Part shown: positions 41,436 through 51,824 of the stretch, in pieces
How positions within the stretch are numbered: the first letter of the stretch is position 1
Layout of the letters: every line of letters begins with the position of its first letter
DNA from: Spirochaetia bacterium
GTDB taxonomy: Bacteria; Spirochaetota; Spirochaetia; UBA9216
Direction of reading: 5' to 3'
DNA length: 64,000 nt
NCBI GenBank assembly: GCA_965140585.1
Contig: OZ223265.1
Coordinates: 256,001-320,000 of the forward strand
Position numbers and translations under genes: made by a program
Notes under the pieces: model-generated
Database searches by the model: none
Told to the model about the DNA's origin: nothing
Seen by the model: only the letters and a program-made list of their open reading frames with translations

Positions 41436-42746
41436 TTATACCAACCCAAGTCCTGAAATAATTGCAGCCGCTATGGTCATCACAAAGGTCAGAATTACTG
41501 TGGTCTGAAATATACTCGGAGAGATTTCCTTAACCGACAATCCCATCATACCCGCACAGAGCGGAACAGAGGGGTTGTTCGGAAGCGAATCGAATACCTG
41601 GGAATTCCAGATTGCAATGAGAGCAATACCCATATCGCTCATCCCTGCCGGAGCTCCTATAGTCATGTAGAGTGCACCGACTACTGCAGCACCGGACGAA
41701 CCGGCAAACCCCATCATGATGAGACAGAGGATAATCATAATCAGGTTAACGTGCATTCCGCTGGCTCCGAGAAAGTCGGTTATTACCTACATGCCAGAAG
41801 AGGTGGCCATTGCCATCGCCGGAACCATAAACATCATGAAAGCCAGAGGCAGGGCAAGAGTTCCGCTGTTTACAGTTTAAATTACAGTGAAGAACTTCGA
41901 TTTGCCGTCTTCTGCTACAATAAAGGGTCCGAATATAACTGCTGACAGAGCCGCTCCGATCATAAGAGCCTGCCAGCCCTGAAGATGAAGGTAGTTATAG
42001 GCACCGAAAACTGCAAGCAGCGGAATCGACGAAAGAACCCAGTGGGACTTCCTCGGGCCGAATTCCTCAGGTACCTTGAATGCAACTTCAGTGAATCTAC
42101 TGCCTGCTTTTACATCCTTGTCAATCTTATAGGTTAGAAACATCGAACTTTGAAGGAGCCAGATTAGCATCATCACAAGACGGAGTACCATTGTGCTGCC
42201 TGTAGTAAAATCAGGAATAAATTTCTCAAGCATCATATTTACAATAGTTGGTGTTCCCGGAATGAGGTTTCCGATACTTGATGCAATCATGATGAGCGCA
42301 GGTGTATATTTACTGGGCATATTGGCCTTTCTGAATGCCACAACAACCATTGCCGTCATTGTTGGAATGTCCGCCCCTGCACTGATTCCCGCCAGGCCGA
42401 GAAGAAACCTTGCCAGGATGATAACCCAGATAACAGCAAAATAGCGGCCCTTTCCTTCATCCATTTTGTCAACGGGAATCATCAGAAAATCAGCAAGGGA
42501 TTTTATCGCCCCTGATTTAGCGTATAACAGGCCCATAACACCGCCGAGGATGAAAAGCGGTCCCATCATCGTAAAAACTCCGCTTACCATTCCCATGGCG
42601 GCATTCCACCCCTGAGTCACGACGGAAGCACCGGTTACCACAATCATCAGAGTTCCAACAAAGCCTGCGATGGCAGGATTCAGCCCCTTATAAATGTCTA
42701 TACTTAAAAACACTATTGCACAAAGAATTCCCGAAACAGAAAGCAT
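41436..42746 (-). pseudogene. GntP/IT-superfamily organic acid permease with two nonsense codons
   Basis: ORFs 41877-42746 and 41436-41756 share a frame, separated by TAA (41877-41879) and a TAG; IPGTPTIVN and FDSLPNN motifs. Confidence 0.75.
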
Positions 42747-42891
42747 TCACTTCTCCTATAAAACAGACTCCGGCAATTATAAGTTATTGGGATTCCTGCT
42801 GTCTAATTCAATTACTGCATAAACTTCATAACATTCTTTTATAAACTTCCACAAATTGATTAGCATTGAATATTGGTTTATAGTTGTTTTA

Positions 42892-43959
42892 ATGGATTTT
42901 TTAAAGCAGATCCGTGAAAAATGGAGCAGATTTATACTCGGAAGATACGAAGGCTACAGCTTCTATGAAAGAAGAAAGGCCGAATACTCATCTGCCTTTA
43001 TGCTGCTTCTTCTACTGTACATCATACCAACTATAGTTATTGATTTTATCACTACTGATGTTAAACCCATTGAAATTCTGTCCTACTTTCTCTACTACCT
43101 GATTATCCTGATATTAATCATTATTCTCAGAACCGGAAAAATTAAATTTATATCATGGGCCCTTACCGCACTGGGCTGCCTCAGGGGGATTCAGGTCTTT
43201 TTTATTCCCGAATCGGTGCACTTCTACTCTCAGTACTACCTGGCAATACTGGCCATCAGCCTAATTTTCCTTTACAGAATTCAGACTTATATCATCTATA
43301 TCATTTTCAATATCATGCTGATCTGCCGTCCATTTATTGTTTCGCACTATATCAGCAGCGGAAGGCTTCCGGATTCAGCCTTTACCCAGACTCTTTATGC
43401 CATTGCAAGCGGAATCATTTTTACTCTTACAGCCGATTTTATAACGAGAATCATTGAGAAGGAAATTCACGAATCGCAGAAACTTGAAACCCTTGCACTG
43501 ACAGACCAGCTCACCGGACTTGCTAACCGCAGAAAACTTGAAGAACTGTATACCCACGGCCTTACTTCGGAAACTGTACGGACAATGTTGTTAATAGACC
43601 TGGATCTTTTTAAATCAGTAAATGATGATTTCGGTCATGAAGAGGGCGACCGCGTTCTAAAGGAATTTTCCGTACTTCTTGACAGCAGTCTCAGAGAAGG
43701 CGATTCTTCCTACCGCTGGGGAGGAGAAGAGTTTATTGCAATACTGACCGGACAGGATCTGGATGCAGGTATGATAGTTGCGGAACGTATTCTTGAAAAA
43801 GTCTCAAAACATAACTTCGGGATTGGCCGCCAAATAACAGTCAGCATTGGCCTGACTGAAGGGCTTGCAGGGGACAGACTTGATACTATGTTCAGCAGGG
43901 CCGACAAGGCGCTTTACAGAGCAAAAAACCTCGGAAGGAACCGTATTGAGGTTGAATAG
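42892..43959 (+). CDS. Membrane-bound diguanylate cyclase
   Basis: TDQLTGLANRR, DLDLFKSVNDDFGH, RWGGEEF; multiple N-terminal TM segments. Confidence 0.92.
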   Translation: MDFLKQIREKWSRFILGRYEGYSFYERRKAEYSSAFMLLLLLYIIPTIVIDFITTDVKPIEILSYFLYYLIILILIIILRTGKIKFISWALTALGCLRGIQVFFIPESVHFYSQYYLAILAISLIFLYRIQTYIIYIIFNIMLICRPFIVSHYISSGRLPDSAFTQTLYAIASGIIFTLTADFITRIIEKEIHESQKLETLALTDQLTGLANRRKLEELYTHGLTSETVRTMLLIDLDLFKSVNDDFGHEEGDRVLKEFSVLLDSSLREGDSSYRWGGEEFIAILTGQDLDAGMIVAERILEKVSKHNFGIGRQITVSIGLTEGLAGDRLDTMFSRADKALYRAKNLGRNRIEVE

Positions 43960-43987
43960 ATAAAACCTAAGGGTTTATTATTCAATC

Positions 43988-44467
43988 ATGAAACAGAAAA
44001 AAATTGCCCTTGTGGCTCACGATAACCGTAAAAAAGATCTTATTGAATGGGTCGAATTCAACTGGGAAACACTGATCCCTCACAAACTCTACTGTACAGG
44101 AACGACAGGAAGTCTGGTTGAACAGGCTATTCTTGCAAAAATTGCCCGAGATTCTGAAAACAATAATTTCACCGAGAAGGATTTGAAACTTGAAAAGATG
44201 AAATCGGGACCTCTCGGCGGAGATCAGCAGCTTGGAGCACTTATATCAGAGGGAAAGATCGATATGATGATATTCCTCTGGGATCCAATGGAGCCCCAGC
44301 CTCATGATGTCGATGTCAAAGCCCTTACCCGAATTGCAGTCCTGTATAATGTGCCGATTGCGAACAACAGAGCCACAGCAGACTATATGATCTCATCACC
44401 GCTGTTCAAATCTGACTATAAGCCGGTACTCAAGGATTATTCGTCCTATATAAACCGGACTGTCTGA
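43988..44467 (+). CDS. mgsA: Methylglyoxal synthase
   Basis: IALVAHD, TGTTG, SGPLGGDQQ, PHDVDVKAL. Confidence 0.96.
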   Translation: MKQKKIALVAHDNRKKDLIEWVEFNWETLIPHKLYCTGTTGSLVEQAILAKIARDSENNNFTEKDLKLEKMKSGPLGGDQQLGALISEGKIDMMIFLWDPMEPQPHDVDVKALTRIAVLYNVPIANNRATADYMISSPLFKSDYKPVLKDYSSYINRTV

Positions 44468-44480
44468 GCAAAGACCTGAA

Positions 44481-45869
44481 TTAGAACATCAGATCAATTT
44501 TCTCTTTAAACGTCAATAGCTCGTCCTCTACTGACAGAGTATCATCTTCTACAAGCCTCCGCAGCAGTTCCGCCCATTCTGTCGCAAATTCAAAAAAATA
44601 GGGTTCAGGAGTAAAAAGAATTGATGTGCCTTCTATTGTTACATTAAAAGCCTCAAGATAACTTTCAGATTCACTTATCATTTCTATGAACGCAGGATCA
44701 TAAAAAACAGACTGACGCGGAGGGTTAACTGATTTTGCACTGACTGCAGCATCAAGCTGGAATTCTCTTCCTGTAAAATATTGCACAAACATCCAGGCAG
44801 CATTTTTACTTTCGGACCTGCTGTTAATTGCAAGCCCCCACACCCATAAATTTGACTGCAGAGCCCTCCCCTGTGCGGACTCCGGCATCGGAGCTTTCAC
44901 CCAGGCAATATTTCCCGCCTCACGTGAACCGCCTTCAACATTCTGAAAATAACTGACAATATCTGCATCAAAAAGCATTGCTGCCTTACCCGCACCAAAA
45001 TCTCTTGATGCATGATACCAGGTGTATGACGGCCACTGCGGCGAGGCACCTGCTCTGATAATTTCTATCCATTTACTTATCATCTCTACAGCCTGGGCAG
45101 AATCAACAGCAGAAATAAGCCTGCCGTCACTGATTTCAAAATCTACAGCTCCATAATTTGCATAAGTTGTCATAAAACCGGGATGAGTAGTAGCCCAGTT
45201 ACACGTTCCCCTCAATGCAATAGCATAGGTTCCCGGACCTCCGAACTCATCAAGTGAATAACAGAGCTCAAGTAACTGCTCCATCGTAGTCGGAGGAGAC
45301 AGCCCCATTTCTGTGAAGATTCTTTTGTTATAGGCAAGAACATACTGTTCGAACCCCATTGGAATAGCCCAGAGAGGACCGCTTCCGGGACGATGTCCTG
45401 TGACGGTATCCCACCTGAATGCCCCTATGATGTTGGGAAAGAAATCCTGTACGTTGTAATCTTCAGATGTGATTCGCCTGTCTTCAAGGAAATCATCAAA
45501 ATCGGCAAGAAGACTGCGTGCACTGTAATCCCAAATCTGATACGCTCCGGTCATGAAGACATCAGGATCTCCGGATTCTGATTCGAGCATGTAATTTATT
45601 CTGTCAAAATAGTTCTCTTCAGGAGTGAAGGAGTAATGAACCGAAATACCTGTAAGATTCTCAAATTTCTTCAACTGCTTTATTACAGCTGCGGAATAGG
45701 GATGCTGATTAAATTCGACTTCTATTACTTCACCGGCCTGAGAGTCCCAGCTGAAGCCCGGAGATTCTACGGCGGTTTCTGTTTCCTGTTCTGAAGAGGA
45801 TTTTTTTGTACCGCACCCCGAGAAGAGGATTAAACCTGCAATAAGAATAAAAATAAGCGATATTTTCAT
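44481..45869 (-). CDS. Sugar-type solute-binding lipoprotein (no adjacent permeases)
   Basis: FSGC lipobox; PDVFMTG, LAYNK, GKAAM, WGLAINS. Confidence 0.85.
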   Translation of the reverse strand: MKISLIFILIAGLILFSGCGTKKSSSEQETETAVESPGFSWDSQAGEVIEVEFNQHPYSAAVIKQLKKFENLTGISVHYSFTPEENYFDRINYMLESESGDPDVFMTGAYQIWDYSARSLLADFDDFLEDRRITSEDYNVQDFFPNIIGAFRWDTVTGHRPGSGPLWAIPMGFEQYVLAYNKRIFTEMGLSPPTTMEQLLELCYSLDEFGGPGTYAIALRGTCNWATTHPGFMTTYANYGAVDFEISDGRLISAVDSAQAVEMISKWIEIIRAGASPQWPSYTWYHASRDFGAGKAAMLFDADIVSYFQNVEGGSREAGNIAWVKAPMPESAQGRALQSNLWVWGLAINSRSESKNAAWMFVQYFTGREFQLDAAVSAKSVNPPRQSVFYDPAFIEMISESESYLEAFNVTIEGTSILFTPEPYFFEFATEWAELLRRLVEDDTLSVEDELLTFKEKIDLMF

Positions 45870-45875
45870 ATCAAC

Positions 45876-46265
45876 CTAACCGGTCAGTTCTTCTATTTTC
45901 TCAGCAATCTGACTGAAGTCCCATGGTTTGGTTATCACACTCTCAAGTCTGAGCTTTTCTCTCAAAGCAGATATAGCACCATCATCTCTCTGTCCGGTTA
46001 TTATCATTTTATGTGTTTCAGGATGCTTTTCATCAGTTTTCAGAAGGAATTCATCACCGCTCATACCGGGCATAACCCAGTCGGAAATGATGAGAAAAAC
46101 AGAACCGCCTTCTTCGTAAATTTCATCAATAATCTCCAGAGCTTCAATTCCGTTTACAGCAGTTTCATATGAAAAATCTCCGCCGAAATAATTCATAAGC
46201 TCCAGCTTTAATGCATAGAGAATAATGGCTTCATCATCAACGCATATAATATATTTACTCTTCAT
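45876..46265 (-). CDS. Single-domain response regulator
   Basis: ICVDDE, ISDWVMPGMSG, ITG, KPW. Confidence 0.92.
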   Translation of the reverse strand: MKSKYIICVDDEAIILYALKLELMNYFGGDFSYETAVNGIEALEIIDEIYEEGGSVFLIISDWVMPGMSGDEFLLKTDEKHPETHKMIITGQRDDGAISALREKLRLESVITKPWDFSQIAEKIEELTG

Positions 46266-48075
46266 CAATCCTCCTGAATAGTATTGAAAAAACTGTATTA
46301 CCGGGAATACTGCTGAAAGTTACATCACCGTCTATCCTGTTCAAAATATTCTTTACCAGATTAAGGCCTATTCCGCTTCCCTCTCCGTATTTCTTGGTGG
46401 TAAAAAAGGAATTAAAAATCATCGACTGTATTTCTTCAGGTATTCCTGGTCCGGTATCTGAAAAGGAGACAGAAAGACCATCCGGAACTTCATTTACTTT
46501 TATCTCAAGTCTGCCGGAATAGCGCATCGCCTGAAGGGCGTTGTTGATCAAATTTATCCAGATTAAATTCAGCTGATCTTCGAAGCAGATAATTTTTTTC
46601 TCCGAATTATAGAATTTCTCAATTGTTACATTGCCTACAGTTTTCGTGAAATAGAGTTTTAGTACATTATCAATTGATTCTGAAGGACTTATTGCTGTAA
46701 GGGCTCCTTCGGATTCCGTATATGCCAGGGCTCTGAGAGATTTTATTACAACAGCCATCTTCTCCTCAGAGTTTTCGATGACTTCACCAATCGAATACAG
46801 GGTGGATATAATTGAGGCAGTTTCTACTATTCCGGATCCATGATTCAGTTTTAAAATTTTTATAAACCGTTCCAGATCTTTCGGAGGAAATTTCAATTCC
46901 ATGAAATATTGCGAGAACAGCTCCGGATTATTTATTTCATTTTCAATCAGACAGGCTTTAACCTTATTTCTAAGCCGGCGATCAGTGGAAAGAAACATAC
47001 CCTCTTTGTCCTTCCGGATTCCCAGAATCATTGTTTTGAACGCTTCAACCTCCGCAGAGTTCCATTCAATTATTTCACCGCTGATTGTCTTTAGAATCTC
47101 ATCAAGCTGATTCCTGAGCGTCCTGGTAGATGACTTTATTGCTCCAAGCGGTGTGTTAACTTCATGAGAGAGACCTGCAGCCAGCTGTCCAAGAACTGCT
47201 TTTTTTTCGGAAAATATCAGCTGATCCTGTGTCTGCTTGAGTGAGTTCATCGCCGTTTCAAGCTTTTTATTTGTTCTGATAAGGTTATTATTAGCGGTCT
47301 CAAGTTCACTGTTTGATTCCTCAAGCTGGGCGGTCCGTTCATAAACCTTGAGTTCAAGTTCCTCATTTTTCAACCGCAATGAATCCCACAGCTTTTGACT
47401 GAATTTCACAGAGATAAAGATGGTAAAGGCTACGATAAGTGCAACAATAGCCATGGATATTTTCATTCTTCGGTTGTTGGATAATACAATCTCAGAGTTC
47501 AGATTCTCAGAATTCAAAGACAGTGCTTCCAGCATTCTTTCTGAATAAACCTGTGAAAGTGATTCCAGGTTTTTCCGAATCCTGATAAGGTTGGCAAAAT
47601 CTTTACCGGAATCGGTACCTCTGTTCCGATCGGCCTGAATCATAAGCAGAACTCCGATTTTCTCGGAATCAAAAAAATTATCAGACGTAAAAATCACGGA
47701 AAAATCGTGATATAACTCTTTAAAAATATTCAGCTGCAGCATCCATAAAGTTTCTATCTGATTAAACTGGGCATCTGATTTCTCTGAAAACAATTCTCTT
47801 GAGGGATGGGTCTGCATTATTTGATAAATCTCTTCAAAATCACTCACAGACTGCTGCCACTGAAAATACATAATCTCAAGAGAAATATCACTTGAAAGAA
47901 GGGCTAAAGTACGATCATTCATCCGGGTATAATAGTTAATACAGAGAAGTGAAGTCTCTCTAAGATTTTGAACCTTCTCAGTATAGCTATAGGAATATAA
48001 TAACACTGCAAAGGCTGAAAAAAATCCTAGAATCATTATCAGTATTGATACCAGAATTTTTGAGAATATTTTCAT
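46255..48075 (-). CDS. Membrane sensor histidine kinase
   Basis: Two TM segments; LSHEVNTPL H-box, NLINNA, DTGPG, FFTTK, GSGIGL. Confidence 0.93.
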   Translation of the reverse strand: MKIFSKILVSILIMILGFFSAFAVLLYSYSYTEKVQNLRETSLLCINYYTRMNDRTLALLSSDISLEIMYFQWQQSVSDFEEIYQIMQTHPSRELFSEKSDAQFNQIETLWMLQLNIFKELYHDFSVIFTSDNFFDSEKIGVLLMIQADRNRGTDSGKDFANLIRIRKNLESLSQVYSERMLEALSLNSENLNSEIVLSNNRRMKISMAIVALIVAFTIFISVKFSQKLWDSLRLKNEELELKVYERTAQLEESNSELETANNNLIRTNKKLETAMNSLKQTQDQLIFSEKKAVLGQLAAGLSHEVNTPLGAIKSSTRTLRNQLDEILKTISGEIIEWNSAEVEAFKTMILGIRKDKEGMFLSTDRRLRNKVKACLIENEINNPELFSQYFMELKFPPKDLERFIKILKLNHGSGIVETASIISTLYSIGEVIENSEEKMAVVIKSLRALAYTESEGALTAISPSESIDNVLKLYFTKTVGNVTIEKFYNSEKKIICFEDQLNLIWINLINNALQAMRYSGRLEIKVNEVPDGLSVSFSDTGPGIPEEIQSMIFNSFFTTKKYGEGSGIGLNLVKNILNRIDGDVTFSSIPGNTVFSILFRRIDEE

Positions 48076-48253
48076 CCGGAACTCCGCCACTTTAGAACTT
48101 GACTTTTACGGCATTCAATACATTTGCTATCCTGTATATCATTATATGAAAATAAAATTGAAATTCCAAATTTATATCTCTGCATGCCAGTTCAAATTCT
48201 GTATCGAGGGTTCCGGTGATAAATAAAGAGAAATCTGGAAAATATTGCAGACG

Positions 48254-49531
48254 CTAGTCTTTTTTAGAAATCACACCCATCATCGGTGATTCTTTTACCA
48301 TGAGTATCAGAATCAGTGCGGCAACGGCCAGCAGACTGAAAAGGATCATCATTGTACCCAGATATATATTACTTCGAACACTCATAAGCGCTGTAAAAAG
48401 AAGTCCGGTGATCTGGCCTGCCAGAAGGAGAAGCCCCTGGGAGCTGGATTCGGGTGCCGGGTAGCTGACTTCGGCAGCATACTGAAAGCCCACAGGACCG
48501 GCACTCATAACAAAGAAACCGAGTACGAAGGCTGAAACAAGGGCCGCTGTATAGACAGCATCAGCAGAACTGAACAAAAGATCTGAAAAAGCAAGACCGG
48601 CAACCCCGGGAATCATTCCGGCCATGCAAATAACCAGAAACAGTTTGCGTTTCCGAAACTTATCGGAAAGCATCGGAATTACAATCGCACCTATTACCCC
48701 GCCCACTATCATCAGAACTCCTATCATGCCGTCTGAGTCATCAACTCCCAATGCACCTGAAATTGAGTCAACCATTGAACTTACAGCGTTGAATATCCCG
48801 AGGCCGATAAAAAACAGAACGATAGTCAGAACCATGTCTCTGCTTCCGAAGATGTATTTGAATCCCTCGGAAAATTTGGTATGCACATACTCTTCACCGG
48901 AAGGCTGCGTCGGCGGCTTTTCCTTGATAAGTACGAATGCTGCAGCTGCTGTCACTGCGCTTATAAGACCGTAGATCATCAGCATTGTATCAATTCCCTG
49001 TCCGTAGTCGGGATCGGAAGGGGAACCTGAAACAAGCATCGGCGTCACAGCCATGGCTATGGCAATCCCTATATACTGGGCAAGTGCAGCAAGCCCGGCG
49101 GCTGTACCGCGTTCTTCAAGCGGAAACCACCGCACTGTAACGGCAGTCACTGCATTGAGTATAAACGGCTGGGCAACAGCCAGTCCCGTCTGGGCAATCA
49201 TAACAAGAATAAAGCTTTCGCCACCGAAGCCCTTAAGCAGGCTGAACGCCGCGGTAAGAATACAGCCTATACCTAGTCCGGTTTTTATTCCAAAGGTGTC
49301 GATCACAAATGAAGCAGGAATACATACAATCAGAAATACAAACATGTACGACATTGCCAGAAAATCAATATTGAAGACAGACTCCGGACTGAACTGACCT
49401 GAGTAGAAAGCTTCAGCAGCCCGGGCTACCGAAGCATGCGCAAGCCACTGTATCTCTATCACCACCGTAACTGCCATGAAAGCGGCAAGAACAACCCACC
49501 TGTAACCATATACCTTGTAATCTTCCTGCAT
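48254..49531 (-). CDS. MFS transporter (FLVCR-like)
   Basis: YKVYGYRWVVL, AQPFILNA, RWFPLEERGTA, YAAEVSYPAPE. Confidence 0.85.
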   Translation of the reverse strand: MQEDYKVYGYRWVVLAAFMAVTVVIEIQWLAHASVARAAEAFYSGQFSPESVFNIDFLAMSYMFVFLIVCIPASFVIDTFGIKTGLGIGCILTAAFSLLKGFGGESFILVMIAQTGLAVAQPFILNAVTAVTVRWFPLEERGTAAGLAALAQYIGIAIAMAVTPMLVSGSPSDPDYGQGIDTMLMIYGLISAVTAAAAFVLIKEKPPTQPSGEEYVHTKFSEGFKYIFGSRDMVLTIVLFFIGLGIFNAVSSMVDSISGALGVDDSDGMIGVLMIVGGVIGAIVIPMLSDKFRKRKLFLVICMAGMIPGVAGLAFSDLLFSSADAVYTAALVSAFVLGFFVMSAGPVGFQYAAEVSYPAPESSSQGLLLLAGQITGLLFTALMSVRSNIYLGTMMILFSLLAVAALILILMVKESPMMGVISKKD

Positions 49532-49563
49532 TTCTTCCTCCCGGACCTGATAGCAACTTCAGC

Positions 49564-51168
49564 TTAACTGCCGCTGTTCATCATGGAGAATAAGATCCTG
49601 TTCTGTCTGTATAGATTCTTGAAAACTTTATAGTTGCGGTCATAAACCTTCTTATTGCTCAGATCGGGGTAATACACATCCTGCTGCTTAATTCTGGAGG
49701 GTATTTCATCGAAGGAGCTCATCATCCCAAGCCCGAAAGCTGCTGTGAGAGCGGCGCCGAGGGCTCCGGAATTATGAGGGTTTTCAGGCACTTCAATTTC
49801 ATGACCGGTGACATCAGCCATGATCTGTGCAGTTACCGGAGAAAGTGCACCGCCTCCCGCAAATCTCAGCCGTTTATTGCATTTTACCCTTGTTTCGATG
49901 CTTTCCAGCATCCACCTGTTGCTATAGGCAAGGCCTTCAACAACAGCCCTTATCATATCCCTCTTGCCGCTACTCAGTCCGATGTTGAAAAAGATACCCC
50001 TTGCATTCGGGTCCTCAAATGGTGAACGGCTGCCGTGTAGCCATGGAGTAAAAATAACCCCGTCACAGCCGGGAGCTGTATCACTGATAACTTCATTTAA
50101 ATATTCAAAAAGATTTCGGTATATCGATTCCGGATCATCAGTCACTGAAGTTTTCTTAAGATAAATTCCAATTTCATCCAGTGCAAGATGATCCTTCACC
50201 CACTCCAGACACTTCCCTGATGTTTCCTGCTCACAGAAATAATGATAACGATCGGGAACAGCGCATGTGATGGATGCAATCTTGTGCTCAAGATCAAGCC
50301 TCCTATGCTTTGTCACGGCAGAAACCCAGCCTGAAGTTCCCATGTAGATATGGGCCGAGTTTTCACTGACAGCACCGGCGCCAAGCCCAATCATCGAAGC
50401 ATCTCCGCCGCCGCCGAATACGATTGTACCCGGTTCCAAGCCCATAGCCTCAGCCCATTCCGGAAGCAGAACCCCGGCCGGTTCATGTGATTCAATAATA
50501 GAAGGTAGATGCTCATAATTTACACCGTAGCGTCTGCACAGTGATTTGCTCCAGCAGTTTTTACCCGGCCGGTTGTCAAAAAGACCTGCTGCGCAGGCGG
50601 AATCGCGGGTAGCAACAGCCTTTCCGGTAAGCCTGAAGATTATAAAATCCTTTACGTCAAACCAGTATGCAGTCCTTTTGAAGATATCAGGCTCATTCTC
50701 TTTAACCCAATGATACTTCCATAGCGGATCTTTTACGCTTGTAGGAGCAATTCCTGTAATTTTTATGCTTGAAAGAAGGGTAAAAACCGGAATCCCTTCA
50801 ATTTTTAACCCGCGGCCGAAATCAGCTTTCTGCTTCACAGCCCGCTGATCCATATAACTCATCGCAGACCTTACCGGGAGACCTTCTGCATCGGTAAGAA
50901 CAAGCCCCTGCATTTGAGATGAAAATGAAACAGCCTTTACAGCGGCAGGCTCCATGCCTGATTCATTAATCACTTCCTTTGTGGTCTCGGTAAGGGCTTC
51001 TATCCAGTCCTCCGGATTCTGCTCCGCAGCACCGCTGGCAGATATCGTAATTGCATACTCCTGCATCGAACTTCCAAGCAGTTCAAACACATCACCGATC
51101 CGGTACAGACAGGTTTTTATACTCGTCGTTCCTATATCATAGGCAAGGATGCAGGTTTCGCTTTTCAT
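49564..51168 (-). CDS. FGGY-family carbohydrate kinase
   Basis: AYDIGTTSIK, AEQNPEDW, SSQMQG, GGGDA, AGGGA. Confidence 0.92.
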   Translation of the reverse strand: MKSETCILAYDIGTTSIKTCLYRIGDVFELLGSSMQEYAITISASGAAEQNPEDWIEALTETTKEVINESGMEPAAVKAVSFSSQMQGLVLTDAEGLPVRSAMSYMDQRAVKQKADFGRGLKIEGIPVFTLLSSIKITGIAPTSVKDPLWKYHWVKENEPDIFKRTAYWFDVKDFIIFRLTGKAVATRDSACAAGLFDNRPGKNCWSKSLCRRYGVNYEHLPSIIESHEPAGVLLPEWAEAMGLEPGTIVFGGGGDASMIGLGAGAVSENSAHIYMGTSGWVSAVTKHRRLDLEHKIASITCAVPDRYHYFCEQETSGKCLEWVKDHLALDEIGIYLKKTSVTDDPESIYRNLFEYLNEVISDTAPGCDGVIFTPWLHGSRSPFEDPNARGIFFNIGLSSGKRDMIRAVVEGLAYSNRWMLESIETRVKCNKRLRFAGGGALSPVTAQIMADVTGHEIEVPENPHNSGALGAALTAAFGLGMMSSFDEIPSRIKQQDVYYPDLSNKKVYDRNYKVFKNLYRQNRILFSMMNSGS

Positions 51169-51824
51169 TTATCTTTCATCCTGATTTTTGAATATTTTTT
51201 AAGGTAGATCTGATGCATCAGTCCGGCCTCAAACTTATTTATTGATTTTGCACCGCCAAGGAACTCCGCCTCAATAAAAGCTTTACAGCCCTTCTCTAAA
51301 ACCTCGGCAGCGGTGAAAACCTCATCGATATCGCGGCCCAGACAGACTGCACCGTGATTTGCCATCAAAGCCGCATTCCGCCCCCTAAGCGCCTTCAGTG
51401 TCTTTTTCACAATTGCCTTCGTACTGGGCAAAGCATAATCTGCCACCCTGACAGTCGGTCCAATAATCTGGGCAAGATCATCAAGCACTGGCGGAACCTC
51501 ACGTCTTGCCGCGGCGGCAACACTGGCATTTGTACTGTGGGTGTGGATAACAGCATTAATATCCCTGCGGTCTCGGTAAATTGCTGAATGCAGTTTGTAT
51601 TCGCTGGAAGGTTTTGCAGAACCGCTCCAGCTGTCATCGGAAATCTTCACAAGTGCAAGGTCTTCAGGCTGTATCGAAAGATAATCGGCGCCGCTTGGAG
51701 TAACAAGCATCTCATCATCGGAAAACCGCAGACTGATATTACCCCAGGTTCCGGTAGTCAGGCCTGATTCAACAAAACGAAATCCCGCATCACGCAGAAT
51801 TATTCTTGCATCAGCTTCTGTCAT
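51165..51824 (-). CDS. Class II aldolase (FucA-like)
   Basis: GTWGNIS, VTPSG, PSSEYKLH, IHTHS, MANHG. Confidence 0.9.
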   Translation of the reverse strand: MTEADARIILRDAGFRFVESGLTTGTWGNISLRFSDDEMLVTPSGADYLSIQPEDLALVKISDDSWSGSAKPSSEYKLHSAIYRDRRDINAVIHTHSTNASVAAAARREVPPVLDDLAQIIGPTVRVADYALPSTKAIVKKTLKALRGRNAALMANHGAVCLGRDIDEVFTAAEVLEKGCKAFIEAEFLGGAKSINKFEAGLMHQIYLKKYSKIRMKDK

